IMG/VR virus record: IMGVR_UViG_3300039305_000009
Location: 1-39,756 of that record
Length of the DNA: 39,756 nt
Origin: a virus
Taxonomy: Duplodnaviria; Caudoviricetes
Strand: one strand, 5' to 3'
The notes under the pieces were generated by a model. That model was given only the letters and a program-made list of their open reading frames with translations, had not been told where the DNA came from and made no database searches. Below are positions 23,948 to 33,407 of the stretch, piece by piece. Numbering within the stretch: position 1 is the first letter of the stretch; each line of letters opens with the position of its first letter. The position numbers and the translations under genes are program-made.

Positions 23948-25485
23948 GGGTTGCCGCTCGGCGCACTGCTCGACAGATGTCCCTTCCCGCTCCTGTTGGA
24001 GGGTTGAACGCCCGGGACTCCCTAGCCGCGATGGACCCCAAGGATGCGGTGATCCTGGACAACTGGTTTCCGTATCCGAACTATGTTGCCATCCGCAAGG
24101 GGTATGCGGACTGGTCCACGGGCTACCCAACGACGGTGGAGAGCCTGATGAAGTACACCGACACCCTGGGTGCTTCGAGGCTCTTTGCCGCGGCAGGGAC
24201 TGCGTTCTACGACGCGACGGCTCAAGGTCCGGTCGGCGCCCCGGTGGTCACTGGTTTGTCCAACGCCCAGTGGCAGCATACCGACATCGTGACGCCTGGC
24301 GGGGCGTTCCTGTACGCCTTCAACGGGGTTGATAACCCTCAACTGTTCAACGGCACGACGTGGACGGCGATTACGGGGTCAAGCACCCCTGCGATCACCG
24401 GAGTTCCCACTGCGAACCTGGTTCAGGGGTGTGTCTTCAAGAACCGCCTGTGGATGGTGGAGAAGAACACCCTGTCGGCATGGTACTTGGGCGTTCAGAG
24501 CATTGGAGGGGCGGCAACGGAGTTTGATTTCTCCACTGTCTTCCAGCTCGGCGGCTACCTCATGGCCCTGGCGACCTGGACGCTCGATGCCGGCAGCGGG
24601 ATGGACGATCACCTGGTGGCGATCACGTCAGAAGGTGAGGTCGCTGTCTACCGTGGGTCCGACCCGACGACATCCACGAGTTGGGGACTGGTTGGCGTGT
24701 TCCGCCTCGGCCGACCCGTGGGCCGCAAGTGCGTGGCGAAGTACGGTGGCGACTTGATGGTCTTGTGTGCAGAAGGGTTGATGCCTCTGGCTCGGGGCCT
24801 TCTGTCGTCCACCATCAACCGAGCCGCCGCAGTCACGGACAAGATCCAGAACGCCATGTCCGAGGCGATCTCGCTGTACTTCAGCAACTACGGCTGGACG
24901 GTAACGGTCTATGCGGACGCGAACATGCTATTCGTCAACGTCCCAGCGGGGAACGGGGCGAACTACCAGTTCGTGCAGAACACCATCACCAGCGCCTGGA
25001 CACAGTTCACCGGCTGGAATGCCTCCTGCTTCGAGGTGATGGAGGATGACCTTTACTTCGGTGATGCAACCGGAGTGCGCAAGGGATGGCAGGGCAACCT
25101 CGATGGTTCCTCGGTCATCACGGCCGATGCCCTGACCGCCTTTGACGAGTTCGGGAACATGGCGCAATCCAAGCTGTTTACGCTGGTGCGGCCTTACCTG
25201 AACACGGACGGCAATCCCGCCATCCTCTACGGCGTGAACGTGGACTATTTCCCGCAGGAAGTCACTGGCCCACTCACCTTCACGCCTCCCAATGCATCGA
25301 TGACCTGGGGCTCCATGGTGTGGGGATCGATGGTGTGGGGTGGGAGCTTGGCGAACATCACCGCTGCCCACAACGCCGGGGCGACGGGTCGGTCTGGTGC
25401 TCTGCGCCTGGTTGCACAGGGGAATGGCTCTCAACTGCAGTGGGCCGCGACGGATTACGTCTTCCAGCCTGGGGGCTTCCTGTGA
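23944..25485 (+). CDS. tail nozzle or stabilisation protein
   Basis: PAPVGGLNARD...LDNWFP; beta-rich; C-terminal WGSMVWG repeats. Confidence 0.75.
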   Translation: MRVAARRTARQMSLPAPVGGLNARDSLAAMDPKDAVILDNWFPYPNYVAIRKGYADWSTGYPTTVESLMKYTDTLGASRLFAAAGTAFYDATAQGPVGAPVVTGLSNAQWQHTDIVTPGGAFLYAFNGVDNPQLFNGTTWTAITGSSTPAITGVPTANLVQGCVFKNRLWMVEKNTLSAWYLGVQSIGGAATEFDFSTVFQLGGYLMALATWTLDAGSGMDDHLVAITSEGEVAVYRGSDPTTSTSWGLVGVFRLGRPVGRKCVAKYGGDLMVLCAEGLMPLARGLLSSTINRAAAVTDKIQNAMSEAISLYFSNYGWTVTVYADANMLFVNVPAGNGANYQFVQNTITSAWTQFTGWNASCFEVMEDDLYFGDATGVRKGWQGNLDGSSVITADALTAFDEFGNMAQSKLFTLVRPYLNTDGNPAILYGVNVDYFPQEVTGPLTFTPPNASMTWGSMVWGSMVWGGSLANITAAHNAGATGRSGALRLVAQGNGSQLQWAATDYVFQPGGFL

Positions 25486-25910
25486 TCGTCGCAGACCAGC
25501 CCGAGCGCGTTGGTCGTTGGGTCTGCGAGCGTGCCGGAGGCCAGTGGAAAGGCTGCGAGACCGCAATCGGCATCGAGAAGGACGGCCACTTGGTCGGTGG
25601 CGTGGTCTTCGATGACTTCAACGGCGCAAACATCAACATGCACGTCGCCTCGGACGGCTCGCGTGCCTGGCTGAACCGAGAGTTCCTGTGGTTCGTCTTC
25701 TATTACCCGTTCGTCCAACTCGGAGTGAAACGGGTAACCGGCATCGTGCCCTCCAACAACTTGGCGGCGCGGAGCTTTGACGAACACATCGGCTTCCGTC
25801 TGGAGGCCACGCTGAAGGATGCCCACCCCGCGGGCGACCTCTTGATCTACGTCATGAAACCGGAGTACTGCCGTTGGCTCCGGGTGAAGGATCGACATGG
25901 GAAAAAGTAG
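25482..25910 (+). CDS. GNAT-family acetyltransferase in the virion module
   Basis: F.YPF.QLGVKRVTG.VPSNN......EHIGFRLEATL. Confidence 0.85.
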   Translation: MIVADQPERVGRWVCERAGGQWKGCETAIGIEKDGHLVGGVVFDDFNGANINMHVASDGSRAWLNREFLWFVFYYPFVQLGVKRVTGIVPSNNLAARSFDEHIGFRLEATLKDAHPAGDLLIYVMKPEYCRWLRVKDRHGKK

Positions 25911-26967
25911 CGCTCCCCCGGCCCCCGACTATGCCGCCGCCGCAGAACAAAAGGCTGCTGGCGACCTTGAGATGGCTCGCTATGCCACGCAGGCGAACCG
26001 GCCCAACCAGTACACCCCGTGGGGCTCTCTGGTGTGGGAGCGAGGTCCGTCTACGAGCTCGTTCAACCAGCAAGCCTATGACGACGCTTATAGGCAATGG
26101 CAACAGAGCCAAGGGGGCGGCGGCGGGGGCGGCAGCCTCAGCGGAGAAGAAGGCGGCTCTGGCTTGCCAGGAGGTTCCAGCTTCTGGGGGAGGCGTCTTG
26201 CGGCGCTCGGCCAAGGCGGAGCGGCAGGATCGGCCGCACCTGATCGCAATGACCCGCGATTCTGGTCGGAAAGCCCTTCGGATCAGTGGTCCCAGCGGAT
26301 TTCACTGACCCCGGAGGCCCAAGAGACGTTGGACAAGCAGATGCGCCTGTCCAACCGCTACGCTGACCTGGCAACGCTCGGGCTCGACAAGGCGGAGGGC
26401 CTGCTGTCTGACCCGACGTTGGACATGAGCCAGATCCCGGACCGCGCGATCAACGTCGGCCAGACGGCGCAGGAGGCGATTCTTGCCCGCTTGAACCCGC
26501 AGTTCGCGCAGCAGGAAGAGGCGCTGCGGGCTCGACTGGCGAACCAGGGTATCGGGGTTGGTTCGGAAGCCTTCGGCAACGACTTCCGGCAGTTCAACCA
26601 GAAGCGCAACGACGCAGAGCTGCAGGCTGCCCTGTACGGCATCGGCTTGGACGACCAGAACCGCAAGAGCGCGCTGGCCGAGCAAGCCTACTTGCAAGAC
26701 CGACCGCTGAACCTGATCAATGCCTTGCGCAGCGGCGCACAGGTGCAGAACCCCACGTTCCCATCCTTCGCGCAGCAGGGGACGACTGCCGGGCCGAACT
26801 ACCTTGGGGCGGCAGATGCGCAGTACGGGGCTGCGGTGGATGCAGCGAATGCGGAGAACGCCGGTCTTGGCGGGATGATGGGTGGCTTGTTCTCCCTCGG
26901 TGGGGCTGCCCTTGGCTCGCCCTGGCTCGGTGGTGCGCTCGGATTCCCTGGTATGGGAGGTAGGTAA
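25897..26967 (+). CDS. ejection (DNA transfer) protein 1
   Basis: MGKSSAPPAPDY...NQYTPWG..., LANQGI..GSEA; Gly-rich hydrophobic C-terminus. Confidence 0.75.
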   Translation: MGKSSAPPAPDYAAAAEQKAAGDLEMARYATQANRPNQYTPWGSLVWERGPSTSSFNQQAYDDAYRQWQQSQGGGGGGGSLSGEEGGSGLPGGSSFWGRRLAALGQGGAAGSAAPDRNDPRFWSESPSDQWSQRISLTPEAQETLDKQMRLSNRYADLATLGLDKAEGLLSDPTLDMSQIPDRAINVGQTAQEAILARLNPQFAQQEEALRARLANQGIGVGSEAFGNDFRQFNQKRNDAELQAALYGIGLDDQNRKSALAEQAYLQDRPLNLINALRSGAQVQNPTFPSFAQQGTTAGPNYLGAADAQYGAAVDAANAENAGLGGMMGGLFSLGGAALGSPWLGGALGFPGMGGR

Positions 26968-28187
26968 TGGCGACCGTTCCTCTTGACGACTTCTCCGTCG
27001 ATTCGGATACGATCAACCGCCGCCGGCAGATGGCGCAAGCCCTCATGGGCACGCAGATGCCGCAAGGGAGGATGGTCGGGCGTCACTACGTCGCAGCCAA
27101 CCCTCTGGAGTACCTTGCCGCGGGCCTGAAGCAGTACGCAGGCCGCAAGGACATGGAGATGGCCGACCAGGACGCACGCGCCTTGGGCGAGCAGAAGCGC
27201 GCCCGCAGCGCTGAGGAAGTCCAAGGCTACATCCGCGCGCTCAAGGGCACTCCTGGCCAGCCGGAGCAAGTCGGCAACAACCCCTCGGCCTACGTCCCAG
27301 AGCAGCCAGCCACGCCTGGCGATCCGAACGCCGCCCTGGCAATGGCGCTGTCGTCCCGCAATCCGATGCTGCAACAGCTCGGCATGGGACAAATCAAGGA
27401 AATGACCGCTGGCCCCAAGGTCGTCGGCCGATCCCTCATCGATCCCGCCACCGGCAAGGTGGTCGGCGTCGATTCCACCTGGCAGGCCGAGCAGCAGGCC
27501 GCTAGGGATGCGCGAGCGGCAGAACTTCAGGCAAGGCTTGACGATCAGCGCCTTGCGCGCCAAGAGCGAGCCGACCTTCAGCGCGAACTCGCCAGCCTCC
27601 GGGCCAGTACCGCAGGAGGCGCCGGAGCCGGCAAGCCGCCTCCCGGCTACCGATTCACGCCCGAAGGCAACCTCCAGGCCATCCCTGGCGGCCCTGCTGA
27701 CCAGAAATTGGCCGGGCAACTCAACGCGGACACCATGGGCCTCCAAGGTGCCACGTCCAACTTTGACCGGCTGGCGCAGGCTGCCAACGCCTTGAAGAAC
27801 TCACCCGGCCTAGAGGGAATTACGGGGCTCCGTGGCAAGTTGCCGAACATGCCTGGCAGCGATGCCGCCAACGCCCGTGCGCAGCTCGACACGCTCAAGT
27901 CGCAGATCGCCTTCGGTGTGCTCCAGGACATGCGCAATCAGTCCAAGACGGGCGGCGCGCTCGGTGCTGTGTCCGAGAAGGAATTGATGCTGTTGCAGAA
28001 CAACCTGGCCGCACTGGATCAGGCGCAGTCCTATGAGGCGTTCCAGAAGGCCCTGGGCGACATCGTGAACTACACCGAGCAGGCCAAGGATCGCATGCGC
28101 CAGGCATACAACCTGAAGCACGGCGACAAGGGCGGCGCTCCTGCGGGTGGCGCAGCCGATGACCCGCTCGGACTGCGGAGGAAGTGA
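26967..28187 (+). CDS. ejection protein 2
   Basis: Ala/Gln-rich helical protein; GALG.VSE.E..LL motif. Confidence 0.7.
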   Translation: MATVPLDDFSVDSDTINRRRQMAQALMGTQMPQGRMVGRHYVAANPLEYLAAGLKQYAGRKDMEMADQDARALGEQKRARSAEEVQGYIRALKGTPGQPEQVGNNPSAYVPEQPATPGDPNAALAMALSSRNPMLQQLGMGQIKEMTAGPKVVGRSLIDPATGKVVGVDSTWQAEQQAARDARAAELQARLDDQRLARQERADLQRELASLRASTAGGAGAGKPPPGYRFTPEGNLQAIPGGPADQKLAGQLNADTMGLQGATSNFDRLAQAANALKNSPGLEGITGLRGKLPNMPGSDAANARAQLDTLKSQIAFGVLQDMRNQSKTGGALGAVSEKELMLLQNNLAALDQAQSYEAFQKALGDIVNYTEQAKDRMRQAYNLKHGDKGGAPAGGAADDPLGLRRK

Positions 28188-29851
28188 TGGCCGACAAGAT
28201 CAAGCTGTCCGAGATTCGCGCCAAGTTCCCGCAGTACAACGACCTGTCCGACGACGACCTCCTGATCGGCGTCCGAAAGACGTTCTACCCGGACATCCCC
28301 ATGGGCGAGTTCGCCCAACGGGTGGACTACGACACCAACAAGTCGAACCCGACCGAGGGCATGAGCGGCCTGGACAAGTTCCGGGCCGGGGTTGGCAAGG
28401 CCATCGTGGACACGGGACGAGGGATCGGCCAGATGGTCGGCGCCGTCTCCCGCGATGAAGTCGCGGAGTCCCGGGAGCGAGACAAGGCGCTCATGGACAC
28501 TGGCGCGGGGCTGGCCGGGAACATCGGGGGAAACGTCGGGACGTTCTTGCTGCCGGGCGGTGCGCTCGCTGGGGCAGGGCGCCTAGCGGGTGCGGCCGGG
28601 ATGGCGCGAACCGGAGCCGCGCTGTCCAACGCCGGACGAGCTGCCCTGATGCCGCAAAACATCCGCACGGCTGCAGGCGTTGGCGCAGGAATGGGGGCCG
28701 TCCAACCCAGCACGTCCACCTCTGAAACCATGATGAACGCTGGCGTCGGTGCTGCGGCTGGCGCCGTGCCGAATGCTCTCAGCCGCGTTCTGGCGCCGCA
28801 GACGCGCCCTGAAGTGGCCGCCCTGATGCGTGAAGGCGTTTCACCCACTCCTGGCCAGATCATGGGAGGCCGGGCTGCGGTGCTCGAGGAGAAGCTGGCC
28901 AGCGTGCCCCTGATCGGTGACGCGATCACTATGGGCAAGCGGGGGGCGGTGGAAGACCTGAACCGGGCGGTCTACAACCGCGCCCTCGGGCCCGTCGGCG
29001 CCACGTATCAGGGGCCGGCAGGCCGGGAGGGCGTTGCTTCCGTGTCTCGGGAACTGGGGAACCAGTATGACGATGTTCTGTCGCGGGTGAACTTCGCCCC
29101 GGATGCGCAGTACGTGAACGACCTTGCTGCGGCGTTGAACCGTGGGACTGCCACGCTCCCGGAGCAGCAAGCCAGGCAACTTGAGCGCGTTTTCGACTCC
29201 CAGGTCATGGGCAAGGTGGCCGGTCCCGCGGATGGGGAAACCTTCAAGAGCGCGCAAAGCGAACTGCGCCGGTTTGGGCGTGGGTATGGCTCTGACCCGT
29301 CAATGGATACCCGCGAGCTGGGCGCCCGCACAAATGAACTGGCCCAGGCGCTCCGTGGCGCGCTCGGACGCTCTAACCCGGCCGAGGCTGGGGCGCTGGA
29401 CGCCATCGACTCGGGCTACCGGAACTACGCCCTGATCCGTGATGCTGCCGCGCGCGCTGGGTCGAAAGAGGGCGTTTTTAGCCCTGAAGCGCTCGCCGCG
29501 GCTGTGCGTGGCGCTGACGACAGCGTGAAGAAGGGCAACTACGCCCGCGGCACGGCCAACATGCAGGACCTGAGCGAAGCGGCTCTGAATGTGCTGGGCG
29601 CCAAGTACCCGGATTCCGGGACCATCGGACGCGGCCTGGTAGCTGGCGGCGTGGCGGGTGCAGGCGCGCTACTGGAGCCCACTGCGCTGATGGTGGGCGG
29701 AGCGGCTTCCCTGCCGTACCTGCCGTATGGGCGCCAGCTTGCTGCGGCGCTTCTGGCTGGCCAACGTCCGCAAGCCATCCAGAACATGGCCCCCGCAGTA
29801 CGCGCGCTGACCGTTCCCGCTACGGCCGGAGCCCTTCAGGCCCAGAACTAG
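28187..29851 (+). CDS. ejection protein 3
   Basis: IRAKFPQYNDLSD N-terminus; Gly/Ala-rich; YPDSGT.GR near the C-terminus. Confidence 0.7.
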   Translation: MADKIKLSEIRAKFPQYNDLSDDDLLIGVRKTFYPDIPMGEFAQRVDYDTNKSNPTEGMSGLDKFRAGVGKAIVDTGRGIGQMVGAVSRDEVAESRERDKALMDTGAGLAGNIGGNVGTFLLPGGALAGAGRLAGAAGMARTGAALSNAGRAALMPQNIRTAAGVGAGMGAVQPSTSTSETMMNAGVGAAAGAVPNALSRVLAPQTRPEVAALMREGVSPTPGQIMGGRAAVLEEKLASVPLIGDAITMGKRGAVEDLNRAVYNRALGPVGATYQGPAGREGVASVSRELGNQYDDVLSRVNFAPDAQYVNDLAAALNRGTATLPEQQARQLERVFDSQVMGKVAGPADGETFKSAQSELRRFGRGYGSDPSMDTRELGARTNELAQALRGALGRSNPAEAGALDAIDSGYRNYALIRDAAARAGSKEGVFSPEALAAAVRGADDSVKKGNYARGTANMQDLSEAALNVLGAKYPDSGTIGRGLVAGGVAGAGALLEPTALMVGGAASLPYLPYGRQLAAALLAGQRPQAIQNMAPAVRALTVPATAGALQAQN

Positions 29852-29985
29852 ATCGGCTGCAAAAGCCAGCGTTTGAGCTTGCCCTCTGGCATCCACCAGA
29901 TCACGGCATAGCGAAAGAAGAGAGCGAAGCCCAAGAACAGGCCGAGAAACACCGGCTTAAGCATTAGGGCGATAGCAAAGCTCAC
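29848..29985 (-). CDS. small antisense membrane protein (45 aa; not in ORF track)
   Basis: MSFAIALMLKPVFLGLFLGFALFFRYAVIWWMPEGKLKRWLLQPI; TAGAAT -10 lies 6 nt before the GTG. Confidence 0.65.
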   Translation of the reverse strand: MSFAIALMLKPVFLGLFLGFALFFRYAVIWWMPEGKLKRWLLQPI

Positions 29986-29996
29986 CCGTCCATTCT

Positions 29997-30026
29997 AGCC
30001 CTGTCCGGCTTCCGGCAGGGCTTTTT
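29997..30026 (+). terminator. terminator-like hairpin before the tail fibre gene
   Basis: AGCCCTG..CCGG/CCGG.CAGGGCT followed by a T run. Confidence 0.7.
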
Positions 30027-30046
30027 GCTTTTCAGGAGCCGAAAAG

Positions 30047-31366
30047 ATGCCTCGCAACGGATCAGGGATCTACAACCCGCCGACCAACACCTGGAACCCA
30101 GCAGTAAACGGGGTGACAGCTACTGCTGCGGACTGGCAGGCGCTCCTCCTTGACATGGTGGCGGCCCTGACGGGTTCAGTGTCTGCGGATGGTCAGACCC
30201 CAATGACGGGCAACCTGAACATGGGGAACAACCGGATCACGCAGGTTGCCGGAGCCACCGGGATTGATGACGTAGCCAGTGCCAATGATGTCCAGTCCGG
30301 TCGGCTGCTGTACCTGACCAGCATTTCGGGAACAAACACCATCATCGGCAATGTAATGGGACTGACTGCCTATACCGCAGGCAGTAGCTTCCGTTTTGTA
30401 GCCGCAGGCCAAAACACTGGAGCGACGACCCTCAACATCAACGGACTGGGCGCGAAGGATGTCACCAAGGCCGGCGCACTGCCCCTGGTCGGCGGCGAGA
30501 TCCTGTCTGGTGGCACCTACGAGGTGATCTATGACGGAACACGCTTCCAGCTTGTGGGCGCAGCGGCTCGGGTCATTCCTGCGGCGCGGAATAGTGACAC
30601 CATCCTAGCTGGAGCGGACTTCGGCCGCGAGATCGTCGCCACGACCACGTTTACGCAGACGCTGACCGCTGCTGCAACGCTAGGGGCTGGCTGGTACTGC
30701 CAGTACCGCAACAACGGAACCGGGATCATCACCCTGGACCCGAACGGCAGCGAGACGATTGACGGGGCAACCACCCTGCGCCTGTACCCGGGGGAGGGCT
30801 GCACGATCATCTGCGATGGGTCGAACTTCACGACGGTAGGCCGCAGCACTGGCCTTGTCCTGATTCAGTCTCAGACGGCCTCTGGTGTCGCCAGTGTTGA
30901 TTTCACCACCGGGATCAACTCGGATTTCCAGAAGATCGTCCTGGAAATCTCGGACTACGTTCCTGCGACAAGCGGCACCCAGCTCAGGGCGCTCGTAGCG
31001 CTTGGCGGCGTGTTTCAGACGGCTGCGGCGTACGTGTACGGGTGGAACTTTGTGGACGAAAGTTCGGTTGCCTTTGCATTTGGCACGAGTGGAGGGGCTG
31101 AGTCGAGCTTGTACCTGATGAACAACATCACCAACGCTTCCGGTGATGGTGTAAGTGGGCGGCTTGAGCTTTACAACCCTGCTGGCACATCCAGTCGCAA
31201 ACGCATTCTCTGGGATGTGTGCAAGCTCTCCAGCTCAGACGTGGTGCGTGGCACTGGCACTGGCTCCTACGTGAACAACAACGCTGCCATCGATGGCATT
31301 CGGCTCCTTCCCAGCAGCGGCAACATCGCCAGCGGCACGTTCAAGCTCTATGGAGTGCGGGCGTGA
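30047..31366 (+). CDS. tail fibre or receptor-binding protein
   Basis: MPRNGSG N-terminal anchor, NTGATTLNINGLGAK repeat, C-terminal GIRL..SSGNIASGTFKLYG domain. Confidence 0.85.
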   Translation: MPRNGSGIYNPPTNTWNPAVNGVTATAADWQALLLDMVAALTGSVSADGQTPMTGNLNMGNNRITQVAGATGIDDVASANDVQSGRLLYLTSISGTNTIIGNVMGLTAYTAGSSFRFVAAGQNTGATTLNINGLGAKDVTKAGALPLVGGEILSGGTYEVIYDGTRFQLVGAAARVIPAARNSDTILAGADFGREIVATTTFTQTLTAAATLGAGWYCQYRNNGTGIITLDPNGSETIDGATTLRLYPGEGCTIICDGSNFTTVGRSTGLVLIQSQTASGVASVDFTTGINSDFQKIVLEISDYVPATSGTQLRALVALGGVFQTAAAYVYGWNFVDESSVAFAFGTSGGAESSLYLMNNITNASGDGVSGRLELYNPAGTSSRKRILWDVCKLSSSDVVRGTGTGSYVNNNAAIDGIRLLPSSGNIASGTFKLYGVRA

Positions 31367-31698
31367 AGCGCCTGGTGGACGGGGTAGAGGTGGAGCTGAC
31401 GCCCGAGGAGGAGGCGGCGGTCCTCGCGGAGTGGGCGGCGAATGAGGAGTTTGTCCGCGTCCCGCCGGAAGTGACCATGCGCCAGGCCCGGCTCGCGCTA
31501 CTGGCTGCCGGCAAGCTGGCTGCCGTTGATGCGGCGATCAACACGCTGCCCGAGCCAGACCGCACCGCCGCGCGCATCTCCTGGGAGTACAGCGCCACGG
31601 TGCAGCGCCACCAGCCCTTTGTGCTCGCGCTGGCGCCTGCCCTCGGCCTCTCCGAAGGCGATCTCAACAACCTCTTCATCCAGGCGGACACGCTATGA
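31363..31698 (+). CDS. tail fibre-associated protein or chaperone
   Basis: VELTPEEEA...VTMRQARLAL...ISWEYS...LF..A motif. Confidence 0.75.
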   Translation: MKRLVDGVEVELTPEEEAAVLAEWAANEEFVRVPPEVTMRQARLALLAAGKLAAVDAAINTLPEPDRTAARISWEYSATVQRHQPFVLALAPALGLSEGDLNNLFIQADTL

Positions 31699-32036
31699 AC
31701 GCACTAGATCGCTGGAAGCAGTACCCGCAACAGGTCTTCATCGCGTTCGACCAGCTGGTCAACGCCTTGGTCCCTCCGCTTTGGACGCTTTCCTATGCCG
31801 ACGAGACGCTGAGCGCGCGGACTTGGCGTGCAGCGAAACGAGGAAAGCGCATCGGTCGCGTGGCGTTGCCGATCATCGACTTTCTGTTTGCTTGGCAGGC
31901 CACCGATCCGGCGCTGGTGGACGAGAGCGGCCAGCCGGCGAAAGGTCACTGCCACCGCGCCTACCTGAAAGAGAAGGCCCGGCGCGGCCTGCCGCCCGAG
32001 TACCGGGAGAGTTCACAAGGAGTCGCCAATGTCTGA
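31695..32036 (+). CDS. conserved protein between tail and lysis modules
   Basis: IAFDQLVNAL...DETLSARxWR...ID.LF...HC..AY..E. Confidence 0.8.
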   Translation: MNALDRWKQYPQQVFIAFDQLVNALVPPLWTLSYADETLSARTWRAAKRGKRIGRVALPIIDFLFAWQATDPALVDESGQPAKGHCHRAYLKEKARRGLPPEYRESSQGVANV

Positions 32037-32412
32037 ACCCGCATCCTCTGCTGCTGGCGGCTTCGCTGCTTGGAAGCTCGCCGGAGGCGCCGCCGGCATT
32101 GCTGCTGGCGGTGCTGGCTTCGCCGCGATCATCGTCATGCTGATGACGCCGCCGCGGTCTCCGCGGGAATGGGCAGTTGGCCTCATCTCCACCGTGATCG
32201 GGTCAATTTGCGGCGGCGCGGCGGTGGTTCAGCACTTCGGCCTGCAGTCCTGGCTGACCACTCCGGTGGGGACAGTCGCCCTGCTCGGACTGGTGTTCGC
32301 CTGCGGTCTCCCGGCCTGGTCCATCGTGCGCTGGATATTCACCTGGATGATCCGCAGGGAGGGCAAGGACCTGGGCGAGGTCATCGAGGACGCGCGCAAG
32401 GTGCTGCCGTGA
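32029..32412 (+). CDS. holin (putative)
   Basis: Three hydrophobic segments, charged C-terminus; upstream of the endolysin. Confidence 0.75.
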   Translation: MSEPASSAAGGFAAWKLAGGAAGIAAGGAGFAAIIVMLMTPPRSPREWAVGLISTVIGSICGGAAVVQHFGLQSWLTTPVGTVALLGLVFACGLPAWSIVRWIFTWMIRREGKDLGEVIEDARKVLP

Positions 32413-32912
32413 TCCTTCTGGACTCCATCCTCCGCGAAGCCATAGAGCCGGCTCTGGCGCTGCTGCCGCCCAAGATGGACTCGGCTGCCGCCCGGGTGAT
32501 GCTGCTGGCGATCGGCTTGCAGGAATCCCGCTTCATGTATCGGGCGCAAAAGCTGGCAGGCCGCCCCTATGAGAAAGGGCCGGCGCGCGGCTTCTGGCAG
32601 TTCGAGCGGCCGGGTGGAGTGGCCGGGGTGATGACGCACCCAGCCACCAACGAGTTCGCGCACTTGGCATGTGGCACCCGCGGCGTCCCCTTCGATTCCG
32701 TGATCGTCCATGCCAAGCTGGAGGAGGACGACATCTTGGCAGCCGCCTTCGCCCGGCTGCTGCTGTGGGCTGACCGCAAGCCGCTGCCAGCTGTGGATGC
32801 AAGCCATGAAGAGGCATGGGACTGCTACATCCGCAACTGGCGCCCGGGCAAGCCGCACCGGCATACCTGGGACGAGTTCCACGCGCAGGCCCGGGGCCAG
32901 GTGGTCGCGTGA
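32409..32912 (+). CDS. endolysin, lysozyme-like fold (putative)
   Basis: LLAIGLQESRF...GPARGFWQFE..GG...WRPGKPH; lies between holin and spanins. Confidence 0.75.
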   Translation: MILLDSILREAIEPALALLPPKMDSAAARVMLLAIGLQESRFMYRAQKLAGRPYEKGPARGFWQFERPGGVAGVMTHPATNEFAHLACGTRGVPFDSVIVHAKLEEDDILAAAFARLLLWADRKPLPAVDASHEEAWDCYIRNWRPGKPHRHTWDEFHAQARGQVVA

Positions 32913-33286
32913 GCCTGCCTGCCAAGCTGATCGCCCTCGGCCTGGTTGTCCTCAGTCTGCTAGCCGGCTGGAATCGCCTGACGGCCTACCACGAACGCAT
33001 CGGATATGACCGCCGCGCCGCCGAGGACAAGGCCGCAGCCGAAGCCCAAGCCGCCCGAAACCGCGAGCTACAGCGCCGCGCTGAACTGCGCTACACGGTG
33101 GTCGTGCAGGAACAAGTCACCTACTTCACAAAGGCCGCCAAGGAGGTCCATGATGCTGCCGCGCCTCTTGCTAGTTGCCCTGTGCCTGACGATGTGCGCC
33201 TGCGCATCAACGCAGCCGCCCGCTGCGCCCGTGGAGATCCCGGCGCCTCCTGTGGCGATGCTGGCGCCGTGCCCGCCGCCCGCTGA
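32909..33286 (+). CDS. i-spanin (Rz-like)
   Basis: N-terminal TM helix, coiled coil, C-terminal Cys residues. Confidence 0.75.
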   Translation: MSLPAKLIALGLVVLSLLAGWNRLTAYHERIGYDRRAAEDKAAAEAQAARNRELQRRAELRYTVVVQEQVTYFTKAAKEVHDAAAPLASCPVPDDVRLRINAAARCARGDPGASCGDAGAVPAAR

Positions 33287-33401
33287 CTTGCCGGACATGG
33301 CCACGGCCCGGGAGTTGGCCGACGTGCTGATGGAGTGGGTACGCTTCGGCGCTTGCGAGCGCGCCAAGCGGATCGGGCTGCTGGAAGCCTGGCCGCGTTG
33401 A
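33150..33401 (+). CDS. o-spanin lipoprotein (Rz1-like)
   Basis: AGGAGG RBS inside Rz; signal peptide with lipobox-like CAC; Pro-rich. Confidence 0.8.
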   Translation: MMLPRLLLVALCLTMCACASTQPPAAPVEIPAPPVAMLAPCPPPADLPDMATARELADVLMEWVRFGACERAKRIGLLEAWPR

Positions 33402-33407
33402 GCTTGC

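Noticed and set aside
25304-25345. WGSMVWGSMVWGG tandem repeat as a novel element
   Set aside because: Short in-frame Trp-Gly repeat in the nozzle C-terminus; a coding feature rather than a separate element
30047-31366. Diversity-generating retroelement or invertible tail-fibre cassette
   Set aside because: No reverse transcriptase or invertase gene, and no template/variable repeat or inverted fibre copy seen
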